Virus record (IMG/VR): IMGVR_UViG_3300007735_000926
Coordinates: 69,683-133,682 of that record
Source of the DNA: a virus
Taxonomy: Duplodnaviria; Heunggongvirae; Uroviricota; Caudoviricetes
Length of the DNA stretch: 64,000 nt
Direction: 5' to 3' (one strand)
Part shown: one piece after another, positions 1 to 9,647 of the stretch
Layout of the letters: every line of letters begins with the position of its first letter
How positions within the stretch are numbered: the first letter of the stretch is position 1
Notes under the pieces: generated by a model
Told to the model about the DNA's origin: nothing
What the model saw: only the letters and a program-made list of their open reading frames with translations
The model's database searches: none
Position numbers and translations under genes: made by a program

Positions 1-199
1 TAATATTTTTTTCATAATCTTGTTGATTTTTATCTACTATACGATGACATTCTTCTATCACACCCTCTCGTATTGCCATCTCACGAAGACCTGATTTTCT
101 AAATTTTTTCCTACCGCGAATATTTTTCACCAATTTTAATATTTGGTTTTTGTTGTATTTCGGACCACTGTATTGATTGTATCCTATTTTGTTACTCAT
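1..199 (-). CDS. Hypothetical protein, truncated by window edge (MSNKIGYNQYSGPKYNKNQILKLVKN...)
   Basis: Manually translated open frame from ATG at 199 to the window start; TAAATA-N5-ATG late-type motif at 205-210. Confidence 0.6.
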   Translation of the reverse strand, partial: MSNKIGYNQYSGPKYNKNQILKLVKNIRGRKKFRKSGLREMAIREGVIEECHRIVDKNQQDYEKNI

Positions 200-260
200 A
201 ATTATATTTAGTCTATTGGTATCAAGATTGTAAGATTAGGTGTCATACCAAAAAATTATG

Positions 261-294
261 TTGACATCGAACGCGATCCTGCTACTTTTGGTTT
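261..294 (+). promoter_or_regulatory. Sigma70-like promoter TTGACA-N16-TACTTT, 6 nt before the GTG start at 295
   Basis: TTGACA 261-266, TGc extended -10, TACTTT 283-288; spacing compatible with a leaderless transcript. Confidence 0.5.
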
Positions 295-792
295 GTGACT
301 GGTCTTTCATTTGAAAACAAAATAATCATCGACATTGATGAGGTGTTTAAAGATGCCAACGTGAACTTTGCAATCCTTTTAGAAAATCTTGGATTGACCG
401 CCACTTTTGATTTTTCTAAGAGGAATAACAAAAAATTATATACTCACGAGTTCATAAAGACTTTGACTGAATTTTTAAAATATATTCGGCAAGATTTCAT
501 ATTTTTTTCAAATACACTAACAAAAGATAAATTTCGCAATCAGCTTTTAAGCAAAAGTCGTAGAATTTTCAAAATAAATATCATTGAAAAGAATTTTGAT
601 ATGGAGCATTTGGAATATCTTTTAGTGATTCGGAATGCTGAGATTATTTCAGAATTTGAATCTGCATTTCAAAATAGAAAAACACCATCATTTCGCAAGA
701 TTTCCAAATATTTGGAAAAGGAAGGTCTGACATTTCTCAATGAGCAATACTTCCAAGAAGTTATCAATAAGATGGCTATATTTGTTAAATAA
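295..792 (+). CDS. Hypothetical protein
   Basis: 165-aa ORF, GTG start, preceded by a sigma70-like promoter. Confidence 0.6.
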   Translation: MTGLSFENKIIIDIDEVFKDANVNFAILLENLGLTATFDFSKRNNKKLYTHEFIKTLTEFLKYIRQDFIFFSNTLTKDKFRNQLLSKSRRIFKINIIEKNFDMEHLEYLLVIRNAEIISEFESAFQNRKTPSFRKISKYLEKEGLTFLNEQYFQEVINKMAIFVK

Positions 793-796
793 TGCT

Positions 797-1255
797 ATGA
801 GTAAATTTTTGACAATTCTCGAAGAACACGATCCTTCCAATCAATCAAAAATGGATGCTGCTTTCCAAGCAAAGTTCTTCTTGTATGAACAAGAAGTCCC
901 ATTCAGTTCTGAAGGTTCTAAGATCATCTTGCATACAGAAAAAGGAGATATTATCTTGGAAGCAATTGGTATGAGATCTCGACAAGCAGATGCTGAAGAA
1001 GATGAATCTATCAATGCTGACACAGGGACTTATGAAATCGATAAAGAGGTGGAAGGATTGGCGGGTAAAGCTTCTAGCGGCTTAAAAGGTCTTGCTGGTA
1101 AAATGTTCGGCACCAAAGCACAGAAAGCAAAATCGGCTGTAAAAGAAAGAGAAAATCTTGCTGGTCAAGCTGTAGATGCTTATAAAAAAGGTTCTGAAAG
1201 AATTAAAAAAGGATTACAAGCAGTGAAAAGATCCGCAGTTGGCAGAGTATATTAA
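797..1255 (+). CDS. Hypothetical late protein (start revised to MSKFLTILEEH)
   Basis: TAAATA 786-791, N5, ATG 797. Confidence 0.65.
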   Translation: MSKFLTILEEHDPSNQSKMDAAFQAKFFLYEQEVPFSSEGSKIILHTEKGDIILEAIGMRSRQADAEEDESINADTGTYEIDKEVEGLAGKASSGLKGLAGKMFGTKAQKAKSAVKERENLAGQAVDAYKKGSERIKKGLQAVKRSAVGRVY

Positions 1256-1256
1256 T

Positions 1257-1661
1257 ATGAAATCAAAAACATTACAATTAATTGAAAGATATTATCGCAT
1301 TATTGAGCAGGATGAGCAAGATCCTAATGCTGTTATGGAGACTCCGCCAGAGGCTCCTCCAGAAGCGCAAGCACCAGAAGCACCAGCACCAGAACAAGAA
1401 ACTGTTCCATTAAGCTCTCAAGCTGAAATTCGGTATATCGAAGATGTGGTATTAGCAGCATTGATGGAACCTAAACCTTCAGGTGACGACAGAATCGCAT
1501 TGGAAAATTTCTTGGATCTTCTGAAAAGACCAGATGCGATTAAGAGAATAAATGGAACTGGTAAGACTGCTAAAGACATTTATCAAACACAAATCTTACC
1601 AATTATTCGCCCTGCCCAAGAAGGACAGGAATTAAGAGATAATTTAGACTCTATTAGCTAA
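1257..1661 (+). CDS. Hypothetical Pro/Glu/Ala-rich protein
   Basis: ATG at 1257 directly after the previous stop; PPEAPPEAQAPEAPAPE tract. Confidence 0.65.
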   Translation: MKSKTLQLIERYYRIIEQDEQDPNAVMETPPEAPPEAQAPEAPAPEQETVPLSSQAEIRYIEDVVLAALMEPKPSGDDRIALENFLDLLKRPDAIKRINGTGKTAKDIYQTQILPIIRPAQEGQELRDNLDSIS

Positions 1662-1669
1662 ATAATATT

Positions 1670-2125
1670 ATGAAATTCAGAGGAGAAGAGAATGATGTGA
1701 TTTGGGAATCTTTCCGTAAAGGTAAAGTTATCAGCGAAAGATTTGACGACGAGATGGATGAGGACTTTGATGATGAAATGGGTGATGATGCGATGCATGA
1801 TGATCCCGATTTCGGTGATGATGGATTTGATGATGAAGGTCACGATGATGATTTTGATCAACCACATCCACAAGGAATGGTTATGGAAATTGACCCTATT
1901 GGACCTGTCGAAAAACATGAAATTAATGAAGTTCTCGTCTCGGAGTTGAAAAAGCTCGCTGAATACGCTAATCGTTTGTATGAAATGAGAAACGAATGCG
2001 AATTTGAGGACTGGATGGTTTCTGCTATCACGATCTCTTCAACTTATGTTTCTGACGTTTGGCATCGTCTTGATGCTAAGGCCGACTTTGCGAATACCGG
2101 ATTCGAACAGTCCCACGATTATTAA
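1670..2125 (+). CDS. Highly acidic late protein (possible head-core or internal protein)
   Basis: Asp-rich tract DDEMDEDFDDEMGDD...; TAAATA-N5-ATG at 1659-1670. Confidence 0.65.
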   Translation: MKFRGEENDVIWESFRKGKVISERFDDEMDEDFDDEMGDDAMHDDPDFGDDGFDDEGHDDDFDQPHPQGMVMEIDPIGPVEKHEINEVLVSELKKLAEYANRLYEMRNECEFEDWMVSAITISSTYVSDVWHRLDAKADFANTGFEQSHDY

Positions 2126-2141
2126 TAATTTAGATAAATGA

Positions 2142-2600
2142 ATGACAAACTTCAAACAATTCTTCGTGGAAAAAAACATATTCGGATTAATCGAAGACAT
2201 CATTATTGATGGTGTTGGGACTATTTCCGCTAAATTAGATACTGGAAACGGTGCCTTCAATGTTTTACACGGCGAAGATGTTGAATTTGGAAAAGACAAA
2301 AAGACGGGCGAAAAAATAGTAAGATTCACAACCATCAATTCCATGAGATTAGAAAAACCAGTTGAAGACACAATCGTAATTAATATTGGAGAGGGTAATA
2401 CTGTTGAGAGAGCGGTTTGTCTCTTTGATTGCATCATAGGTGATAAAAAATTTAAAAGTATCCCCTTCTCTATTAGTAATCGATCTACCAATGACCACAA
2501 AGTTTTGATTGGAAAAGATTTCATCAAAAATGAGTTGGACGCCCTGATTGATGTGGCATTAAATAACGTAGCAGACAAACAATTATCAGTCAATGTATAA
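2142..2600 (+). CDS. Retropepsin-like aspartic protease (RimK-associated 'ATP-dependent zinc protease' family)
   Basis: ISAKLDTGNGAFNVLH (DTG motif) and C-terminal VLIGKDF (LIGR-like motif). Confidence 0.75.
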   Translation: MTNFKQFFVEKNIFGLIEDIIIDGVGTISAKLDTGNGAFNVLHGEDVEFGKDKKTGEKIVRFTTINSMRLEKPVEDTIVINIGEGNTVERAVCLFDCIIGDKKFKSIPFSISNRSTNDHKVLIGKDFIKNELDALIDVALNNVADKQLSVNV

Positions 2601-3126
2601 GTTATCACAGAGAGAATTATTGGAAGAGGGATTTTGGGATTCTTTTAAAAAAGGATACGGTAAATTAAAAGATAGCAAAGTCGGTAGATTGGCTCAACAA
2701 TTGGGTCAAGGTGTTAAAGAAGTGGCGAATGTGGTCGCACCCAATACCATGTCTCAAGCGGGTAATATGATTAAAAGTGTTAGAAGTGCTGGACAGAGAA
2801 TAAAACAAGCAGGTTTAAAAATAGAAGAACGTATTTTGGATTGGATGGATGAGCAAGGTATAGTCCCAATCCCAAATGATACTGTTAAGTTGGGAAAAAA
2901 TACTCCAAAGGGTCAACATTACGTGGTTAAAGTTGCTCAGAAAGGCATCAACAAGGAAGGTGATACCGTCCCCGGTAAAAAATTTAGATATCCTCAAGCA
3001 ATTGTTCTCTTTGATAGAGAGAAAAATATTTTTGAATGGGTCATCAAACCTAGAAGTGATCAGTTCGTCATCACAAATGGTGAACCTGAATATTGGAATG
3101 ATTCAGCTAGACCAGAAAATCAATAA
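2593..3126 (+). CDS. Hypothetical protein
   Basis: 177-aa ORF overlapping the upstream stop. Confidence 0.6.
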   Translation: MYKLSQRELLEEGFWDSFKKGYGKLKDSKVGRLAQQLGQGVKEVANVVAPNTMSQAGNMIKSVRSAGQRIKQAGLKIEERILDWMDEQGIVPIPNDTVKLGKNTPKGQHYVVKVAQKGINKEGDTVPGKKFRYPQAIVLFDREKNIFEWVIKPRSDQFVITNGEPEYWNDSARPENQ

Positions 3127-3163
3127 TTAACTTGACATTCAATTCTCATTCGTAAATATCACT

Positions 3164-3337
3164 ATGAATATCGAAATCGTAGTGAGTCAAGATGAGAATT
3201 TTAAATTTGTGAATAGTGAAGACGAACAACCTTCACAAATAATCGAAGAACCAATCAAAGAAGAAAAATCACAGCCAACTTTGGAAAATCCAAATGGTCT
3301 TTCTTGGTTCAATGGAACATCTTGGGGGGTGAGGTAA
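3164..3337 (+). CDS. Small hypothetical protein (57 aa, not in ORF track)
   Basis: MNIEIVVSQDENF...SWFNGTSWGVR*; TAAATA-N5-ATG at 3153-3164. Confidence 0.55.
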   Translation: MNIEIVVSQDENFKFVNSEDEQPSQIIEEPIKEEKSQPTLENPNGLSWFNGTSWGVR

Positions 3338-3338
3338 T

Positions 3339-4124
3339 ATGATCAGTCACATTAAAATTTTAAATGGTTTCGCGACTCAACTCCCCAATTTTCATCAGGG
3401 AATTGAATATCATTTTCCAGAAGGTTTGACTATCTTGAGTGGACCAAATGGCTGCGGTAAAACCAGTATATTGAAGATGATCAAAGCTTATTGCGGCATT
3501 CCAAACGGATTTGCTGGGTGGTCTAGGATCTCTTCTGAACTTGCTTTGGGTGCCCAACAGCAGAGTCATTTTCCTTGGGTATACCGAGCTTATTCCCCCG
3601 GTCAATCAGATTGCATTGTGGGATGGGATGGCACCCCAACTTTTTATAACGAAGGGGATGTTAAGATTGATCAATGGGCATGGTTCACGAATAAAGAAAT
3701 TTCATCCGAGGATGGTCTGACAACCGAGGAAGAACATATGGATGCGATGATCGAAAAACCATCATCAGGACAATATCGTTTGAAAAAGTTAAACAAGCTT
3801 TTCAATATGCTTAAAAATCCTCCCGATCTCACCAAGTATATTTCTAGGCATCCAGCCCAGATCGGAGAGGTTGATTATATTCGTTCTCTGCCGCGCACAG
3901 GAAGAGTCACATTGTTACTCGATGAACCCGAAAGAGCATTGTCATTACCCAAGCAAATGGAATTATTTGCACTGTTGAAAACGATGTCCAAAGATTATCA
4001 AATTATTGTCGCGACTCATTCTCCTTTTGTTTGTTTGATGGATTTAGATGCTAAAATCTACGATATAGAAAATGGCTATAGTTCAGAATGTAAAGGAATT
4101 ATAGAAAAATTAGTAAATAAATAA
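3339..4124 (+). CDS. ABC-type (AAA_21-like) ATPase
   Basis: Walker A GPNGCGKT, Walker B LLLDEPE, H-loop IVATHSP. Confidence 0.8.
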   Translation: MISHIKILNGFATQLPNFHQGIEYHFPEGLTILSGPNGCGKTSILKMIKAYCGIPNGFAGWSRISSELALGAQQQSHFPWVYRAYSPGQSDCIVGWDGTPTFYNEGDVKIDQWAWFTNKEISSEDGLTTEEEHMDAMIEKPSSGQYRLKKLNKLFNMLKNPPDLTKYISRHPAQIGEVDYIRSLPRTGRVTLLLDEPERALSLPKQMELFALLKTMSKDYQIIVATHSPFVCLMDLDAKIYDIENGYSSECKGIIEKLVNK

Positions 4125-4358
4125 ATGAAAGATTCTTTCACTAAAAAATATGGTGGCATTGGAAAAATATTTGATGCTTGGGAGCGTAACGATATCAATC
4201 AAGAAATTGGCAACATTTACGAGGAAAATGTTTTTGGTAAAGAAAGTATCGATATGAACGATCTTCTCAATGAGTTCTATGGTAAATCCACTGGGGGTGC
4301 TATCAAATATTCAGATGATTTAGGAGTAGCTAAAACCAAAGGAATTTTTAAAGGTTAA
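4125..4358 (+). CDS. Hypothetical protein
   Basis: 77-aa ORF abutting the previous stop. Confidence 0.55.
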   Translation: MKDSFTKKYGGIGKIFDAWERNDINQEIGNIYEENVFGKESIDMNDLLNEFYGKSTGGAIKYSDDLGVAKTKGIFKG

Positions 4359-4362
4359 TAAT

Positions 4363-4749
4363 ATGCAAAAAGAAAAATATGAATATGTTATGTCAGATGC
4401 TGAAAAGGAAGAATTGACCAGAATTGTTGAAAATTTGGCAAAAAATTATTTGAATGGCATCTGGGATATGAACCCAAATGGTAGACATTTTCGAATCGAA
4501 GATTGTCATGAAATTCAAGAACGATACTCTAAAGTTAAATCAGACCTTGTTCGAGAATACGAAAAAAGTCTGAATGGTAAAATTCTAAAATTCTTCAAAT
4601 TGAAGAAGAAAGATAAAAATGAGAATATTAAATTTAGCGATGTGATTAATATTGTTAGATATAAATTATATGTGAAACCCAAGCGAAAAATTGCTTGTTT
4701 CATGTGGGATATTCCATATGATATTTATCATCTAGTCAATCACAGATGA
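4363..4749 (+). CDS. Hypothetical protein
   Basis: 128-aa ORF in tandem run. Confidence 0.55.
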   Translation: MQKEKYEYVMSDAEKEELTRIVENLAKNYLNGIWDMNPNGRHFRIEDCHEIQERYSKVKSDLVREYEKSLNGKILKFFKLKKKDKNENIKFSDVINIVRYKLYVKPKRKIACFMWDIPYDIYHLVNHR

Positions 4750-4752
4750 CAC

Positions 4753-5490
4753 TTATACCTTGAGCACCTGCGTGATGTGTTTCAATATTTGAGATCTCAC
4801 GATATCGCTCGTATCGAATTTGACACACTGAATATCATTTTTTCTGGAGAATTCAGTATCAAACGCATCATATACTGAAATAAATCCTGAATCTTTAATA
4901 TCTGCTTGTGCAGCATCACCCAAAACAAAATAATGGGAATGTCTACCAAAACGTGTCAAAATGGTCGTCAATTCTCCTTTTGTCATATTCTGAGCTTCAT
5001 CGATAATGACAGCACAGCGATGAAAGGTTAATCCTCTAACGAAATTTACTGGTATTGCTTTGATATATTCATTATCCATCAAATGAGTGATATCTGTTTT
5101 TGTCAAAATCTCGTTTAATTTATCCAACATTGGCATAATGTAAGGTAGAAATTTTTCATTTTCATCACCTTTCAGGTAACCAATCGAACGAGAAGAACTC
5201 TCTACAACTGAACGGATGTAGATGATTTTATCGACACATCCGCTTTTCAGAAGTTCTAGTGCTGAAAATACCGCTAAATGGGTTTTTGCGCTTCCCGCTG
5301 GTCCATTAACAAAAACCATATTATTTCTCGTATTCTGAGACATATAATAAAATTTTTGCTGATTATCAGTCATGGGGTAATTATTTTTTAGATTTATATT
5401 TGATAAATCAAACCCCTTTTTTATGTGTTCAGTGAATTCCTCTGTTACATCCCGCTCTTTCCTCTTACGAGGTGTCTTTTTAACTGACAT
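4753..5490 (-). CDS. phoH: PhoH-like ATPase
   Basis: GPAGSAKT, IGYLKG, VRGLTF..AVIIDEAQNMT..LTTILTRFG, GDAAQAD motifs. Confidence 0.9.
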   Translation of the reverse strand: MSVKKTPRKRKERDVTEEFTEHIKKGFDLSNINLKNNYPMTDNQQKFYYMSQNTRNNMVFVNGPAGSAKTHLAVFSALELLKSGCVDKIIYIRSVVESSSRSIGYLKGDENEKFLPYIMPMLDKLNEILTKTDITHLMDNEYIKAIPVNFVRGLTFHRCAVIIDEAQNMTKGELTTILTRFGRHSHYFVLGDAAQADIKDSGFISVYDAFDTEFSRKNDIQCVKFDTSDIVRSQILKHITQVLKV

Positions 5491-5529
5491 ACATTATTAT
5501 TTAACCAAAACCCACTTGATTTCTCAGAA

Positions 5530-6288
5530 ATGAATGATAAGTTTAATAATATGAAAATCGCGTTCTGTGGTAGTGGAAATGTTGGCAAATCAACTTTAAT
5601 TCAGTCATTTTTGAAGAAATGGCCAATGTATAAAACACCTTTGAAAACATACAGAGATATTATCAAAGAAAATGATTTGAAGCATTCCTCTAATACTACA
5701 GCAGAAACACAATTACTTATTTTAGATTGGATGACTCAGACTTTGGAAATTAATAAGGACGAAAAGTATGTTGTGTATGATCGATGCCCATTGGATAATT
5801 TGGTATACACTCTTCATGCCACTGAAAAAGATTTGGTGTCTGAAGATGTTTTGGGTGTTACTGTCGATGTCGTTCGACGTTCTCTAAAAAATCTTGATAT
5901 TATTTTTTGGATCAAATATGATCCTTCGATTAAAATCGTTGATGATGGATTGCGCGATACCAATCTAAATTATATTAAAGAAATTGATGATATTTTTGCT
6001 GGTTTATATGAACAATATGCAGACCATTTGGAAAATACGCCATTCTTCATCGCAGAAGATTGCCCAGCTATTATTCCAATCGAGAATATCCCAAATCTTG
6101 ACGATAGAATTGCTTGGGTAGGAGAATTCATTGACCAAAAAGGTGAATTGATCGAAACACAAGAAAGTATTCTCGATCCCAAGAATCTCGAAATAATGGA
6201 ACAAATGTTGAGAGAACAAGGACAATGGATTGAGAAAGATAATCAGTTTAAACAATTGACTAATCAGATCAAGAATTTCAAGATTTGA
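5530..6288 (+). CDS. P-loop nucleotide kinase-like protein (AAA_28 / dNMP kinase-like)
   Basis: IAFCGSGNVGKSTL, VVYDRCPLDNLVY, DDGLR lid motif. Confidence 0.7.
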   Translation: MNDKFNNMKIAFCGSGNVGKSTLIQSFLKKWPMYKTPLKTYRDIIKENDLKHSSNTTAETQLLILDWMTQTLEINKDEKYVVYDRCPLDNLVYTLHATEKDLVSEDVLGVTVDVVRRSLKNLDIIFWIKYDPSIKIVDDGLRDTNLNYIKEIDDIFAGLYEQYADHLENTPFFIAEDCPAIIPIENIPNLDDRIAWVGEFIDQKGELIETQESILDPKNLEIMEQMLREQGQWIEKDNQFKQLTNQIKNFKI

Positions 6289-6292
6289 GATA

Positions 6293-7117
6293 ATGAATAA
6301 TGGTAAGATTGGAATTGGTGTTATAACCAAAGATAGAGAAGAGTTTTTCTGGAAATGTTGGAAATCTTTGGAGCTATGCTCTGACCATATCGATGAATAT
6401 GTTGTGGTAAATGATGGTAAACCTTATTCTGTCAACCCCTTGATTTATTCAAATCCTGTAAATTTAATACAACATGAAAAAAATACAGGCGTTGCAATTT
6501 CAAAAAATCAAGCATTACAACATCTACTTGAGGTTGGATGTGATCATATATTTTTGATTGAGGATGATATGATCATCAAAGATCCAAATATATTCCGAGT
6601 ATATATCAATGCTTCCGAGAAAAGTGGTATCCAACATTTGATGTTCGGTTATCACGGACCTGCCAATAAGAATGGCGTCTCCAAGGGTGAACCATGCCCT
6701 CGTTTAGTAGTGAATTATGGAGATTTCTCGTTAGCATTTAACCAGCATTGTGTGGGAGCTTTTTGTTATTATTCCCGTAAGTGTCTCGAAGATGTCGGAT
6801 TGATCGATGAAAAATTCCGCAATGCGTTTGACCACGTTTCCCATAGTTACGATCTTGCTTTGAAAGGATATTCCACACCTTATTGGTGGTGGGCCGATTT
6901 GGCAAATTCTTTGGATTATATCGAAGAGCAAGCATGTTCCGAGGAAAATTCGTCAATCAAGACTCCCGAATCTATGCAACAATGGGAAAATAATATTCGT
7001 AGTTCCATGGAGTATTTCAAAGAAAAATTTGGAGTTTATCCGTTTGGAAGAAAAGGTGTTCCAGACACAGACGAAAAAGAAGTGTTGACCTTTTTGAAAA
7101 GTGTGAGAGTATCATGA
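6293..7117 (+). CDS. Glycosyltransferase, GT2-like
   Basis: IGVITKDR, VVVNDG, NTGVAISKNQAL, FLIEDD motifs. Confidence 0.8.
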   Translation: MNNGKIGIGVITKDREEFFWKCWKSLELCSDHIDEYVVVNDGKPYSVNPLIYSNPVNLIQHEKNTGVAISKNQALQHLLEVGCDHIFLIEDDMIIKDPNIFRVYINASEKSGIQHLMFGYHGPANKNGVSKGEPCPRLVVNYGDFSLAFNQHCVGAFCYYSRKCLEDVGLIDEKFRNAFDHVSHSYDLALKGYSTPYWWWADLANSLDYIEEQACSEENSSIKTPESMQQWENNIRSSMEYFKEKFGVYPFGRKGVPDTDEKEVLTFLKSVRVS

Positions 7118-7263
7118 ATATGAAATATTATTGCTATAGAGAAACTTTAGAACTTGTTACAGAATCTAAAGATGAAGTGAATCAATGGATTGGTGAAGAA
7201 TGGGGATGTTTTGAAATTCTCGATGAAGATGGAAACAGTATTGACGAGTTTATACCTCTTTAA
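7114..7263 (+). CDS. Small hypothetical protein (49 aa, not in ORF track)
   Basis: ATGA overlap with the upstream gene; stop 2 nt before the next ATG. Confidence 0.45.
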   Translation: MNMKYYCYRETLELVTESKDEVNQWIGEEWGCFEILDEDGNSIDEFIPL

Positions 7264-7265
7264 AT

Positions 7266-8081
7266 ATGAAAACAGATTTAAGTGATATAGGATTGATGAT
7301 CCATTTCCGTAGGGATGTGGATGACCGTTTTCGCAATTTGGAAATGGTTGTGAAATTTTATCGCGAGAACTCCGAAAATCTTCAGATTGCAATCGTGAAT
7401 GATGACAAGGAATTGGATAAAGATTTCAAGAGGCTCTGTAATCAATACGATTGTAAAGGATTGTTCATGGAGAATCCTGATATTTATTGGAGAACCAAGG
7501 CATTTAACGAGATGTCCAAGATTCTGGACGTTAAATATCTAATTGCTGGTGATACCGATGTGATTGTCGATCCAGTATTTTTACATGAAGCTAAATATAA
7601 ATTCGAAAAATATGGGAGGGGTAGAATCGTTTACCCGTACAATGGAATGTTTATCCATTTGAAGCAAGCAATGTTTGAAAAATTCATGGAAAATCAATCC
7701 TTGGTTGATCTATTGGAAAAATCTCAATCATTAAAGCCGATTCCTTATGATCAGGACGATAATTTTTTAGTAGCACATCCACATAGCAAAGGTGGCATGG
7801 TGATGTTCAGCAAGGAAACATTCATCGAATGTAATGGTTACAATCCTAATTTTAAAGGATGGGGTTATGAAGACGATGAGATTTTAGCTAGATTCAACAA
7901 AATGGGATGTTTTATCGATAGAGTTGAAGATAAAAATGCAATCGCATGGCATTTACCACATGAAAACACGGTGAGAGAAAAGCATCCATATTATGAAAAT
8001 AATAGAAAACATTCTGATTTCGTCTGTGGAAATACTAAACGGGAGGAGTTGGAGCAATATATTCGTAGTTGGAGTTTGTGA
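7266..8081 (+). CDS. Glycosyltransferase, GT7/GT2-like (galactosyltransferase C-terminal motif)
   Basis: AGDTDVIV (DxD), GGMVMFSKETF...NGYNPNFKGWGYEDDE. Confidence 0.8.
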   Translation: MKTDLSDIGLMIHFRRDVDDRFRNLEMVVKFYRENSENLQIAIVNDDKELDKDFKRLCNQYDCKGLFMENPDIYWRTKAFNEMSKILDVKYLIAGDTDVIVDPVFLHEAKYKFEKYGRGRIVYPYNGMFIHLKQAMFEKFMENQSLVDLLEKSQSLKPIPYDQDDNFLVAHPHSKGGMVMFSKETFIECNGYNPNFKGWGYEDDEILARFNKMGCFIDRVEDKNAIAWHLPHENTVREKHPYYENNRKHSDFVCGNTKREELEQYIRSWSL

Positions 8082-8764
8082 AACCTAGATTTTCCATATG
8101 CATTCCCGTCTGGGAGCAGCACGGTGTCGGTCTTCAATACCTGAAAGACTTAATTTACTCTATTCAAATTCAAACATTTCAGAATTATGAAATTATCATT
8201 TCTGATCATAGTATAAATGATCAAATTTATGAATTTGTGACCACTTTGCATAAAGTTAAATATGTCAGAAATTTGAGCAATCGTGGAAATGGCGTCTACA
8301 ATTTGAATCAAACTCTGATCAGGGCATCTGGAGAAATAATAAAAATCATGTTTCAAGATGATTTCATGTTTGACCGTAGATGTTTGGAAAAATTTGATAA
8401 AGAGTTTCAAAATGAAGATGTGAAATGGGTCGTATGTGGTTGTAACCATACAAGAGATAGTGTGAATTTTGAAAGATTTATGGTTCCTTCTTGGAACGAC
8501 AAATTACTGGAGGGTGTAAACACGATTAGTTCACCATCTGTCCTAGCTTTCAGAAATGAAAACATTGAATTGTTCGATGAGAACTTGACAATGCTGATGG
8601 ATGTGGAATACTACCACCATCTCAAAATGAAATATGGTCAACCAAAAGTAATTGACGATTGTTTGATCACGAATCGTTGCCATGAAAATCAAATCAGTAG
8701 TAGATATTCGGGAATTTTAGAAGAAGAAATAAAATATTGTAGAGAGAAATATGATAGTAACTGA
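8069..8764 (+). CDS. Glycosyltransferase, GT2-like
   Basis: FSICIPVW, YEIIISDHS, IKIMFQDD, MDVEYY. Confidence 0.8.
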   Translation: MEFVKPRFSICIPVWEQHGVGLQYLKDLIYSIQIQTFQNYEIIISDHSINDQIYEFVTTLHKVKYVRNLSNRGNGVYNLNQTLIRASGEIIKIMFQDDFMFDRRCLEKFDKEFQNEDVKWVVCGCNHTRDSVNFERFMVPSWNDKLLEGVNTISSPSVLAFRNENIELFDENLTMLMDVEYYHHLKMKYGQPKVIDDCLITNRCHENQISSRYSGILEEEIKYCREKYDSN

Positions 8765-9647
8765 AATTTATAATGGACAAGGACTCGGCAATCAGCTTGC
8801 TTGTTATGTGACCACGAGAGTGGTCGCGAAGGATAAGGGTTTTGATTTTGGAATCATGAACCCGCAAAAATTCAAATGTTTAGATTTTATGGATTTAGAT
8901 TTTGGGTTGCCTGTTGATGGGGGTTCTGGTCCAGAGGGTGGGCCACCACACACGCTTCCTGATAACATTCAGCATTATTTTAAGGAGAGATGGTTATATC
9001 TTTCTAATGGTTCTAATGTGACTATTGATGATATTAATTTAGAATTGATTCAAGATAATACCAAAATTGATGGAATTTTTCAATCGGAAGATCGTATAAT
9101 TCATCGTAGAAATGAAATTAGACAATGGTTGAAAATCAAAACGGAAAAAGATTGTTATGATTATTCTGATCCAAATATTTGTATCATCAATTATCGTGGT
9201 GGTGAATACGCGAGTGTTACTCATTTCCATTTGAATGGAAAATATTGGGATGATGCGGTTGATAGGATGCGACAAATTAATCCAAATTTTAGATTCGTGG
9301 TTATCACTGATGATGTGGAAAGAGCGAGTAGACAATTTCCTGATTTTGAAGTGAAACATTTTGATATTGCAACTGATTTCACTATTATTAAAAATGCTCA
9401 TTATTTGATTTTATCGAATTCCAGCTTTCCATATTTTGCAACGCTATTGAGCGATACAGTGAAATATATTCTAGCACCCAAGTATTGGGGTAGATATAAT
9501 ATTTCTGATGGATATTGGTCGTGTGGTTATAATATTTTCAGAAATCATAATTATTTAGATAGAGAAGGTAATCTCTTCACATGGGAAGAATGTGTGGCAG
9601 AACACGAAGAATACAAAAAAAGAACAGGACTTTATGCGAATATTTGA
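8751..9647 (+). CDS. GT11 alpha-1,2-fucosyltransferase-like protein
   Basis: GQGLGNQL, INYRGGEY (HxRRGDY-like), ILSNSSF motifs. Confidence 0.75.
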   Translation: MIVTEIYNGQGLGNQLACYVTTRVVAKDKGFDFGIMNPQKFKCLDFMDLDFGLPVDGGSGPEGGPPHTLPDNIQHYFKERWLYLSNGSNVTIDDINLELIQDNTKIDGIFQSEDRIIHRRNEIRQWLKIKTEKDCYDYSDPNICIINYRGGEYASVTHFHLNGKYWDDAVDRMRQINPNFRFVVITDDVERASRQFPDFEVKHFDIATDFTIIKNAHYLILSNSSFPYFATLLSDTVKYILAPKYWGRYNISDGYWSCGYNIFRNHNYLDREGNLFTWEECVAEHEEYKKRTGLYANI

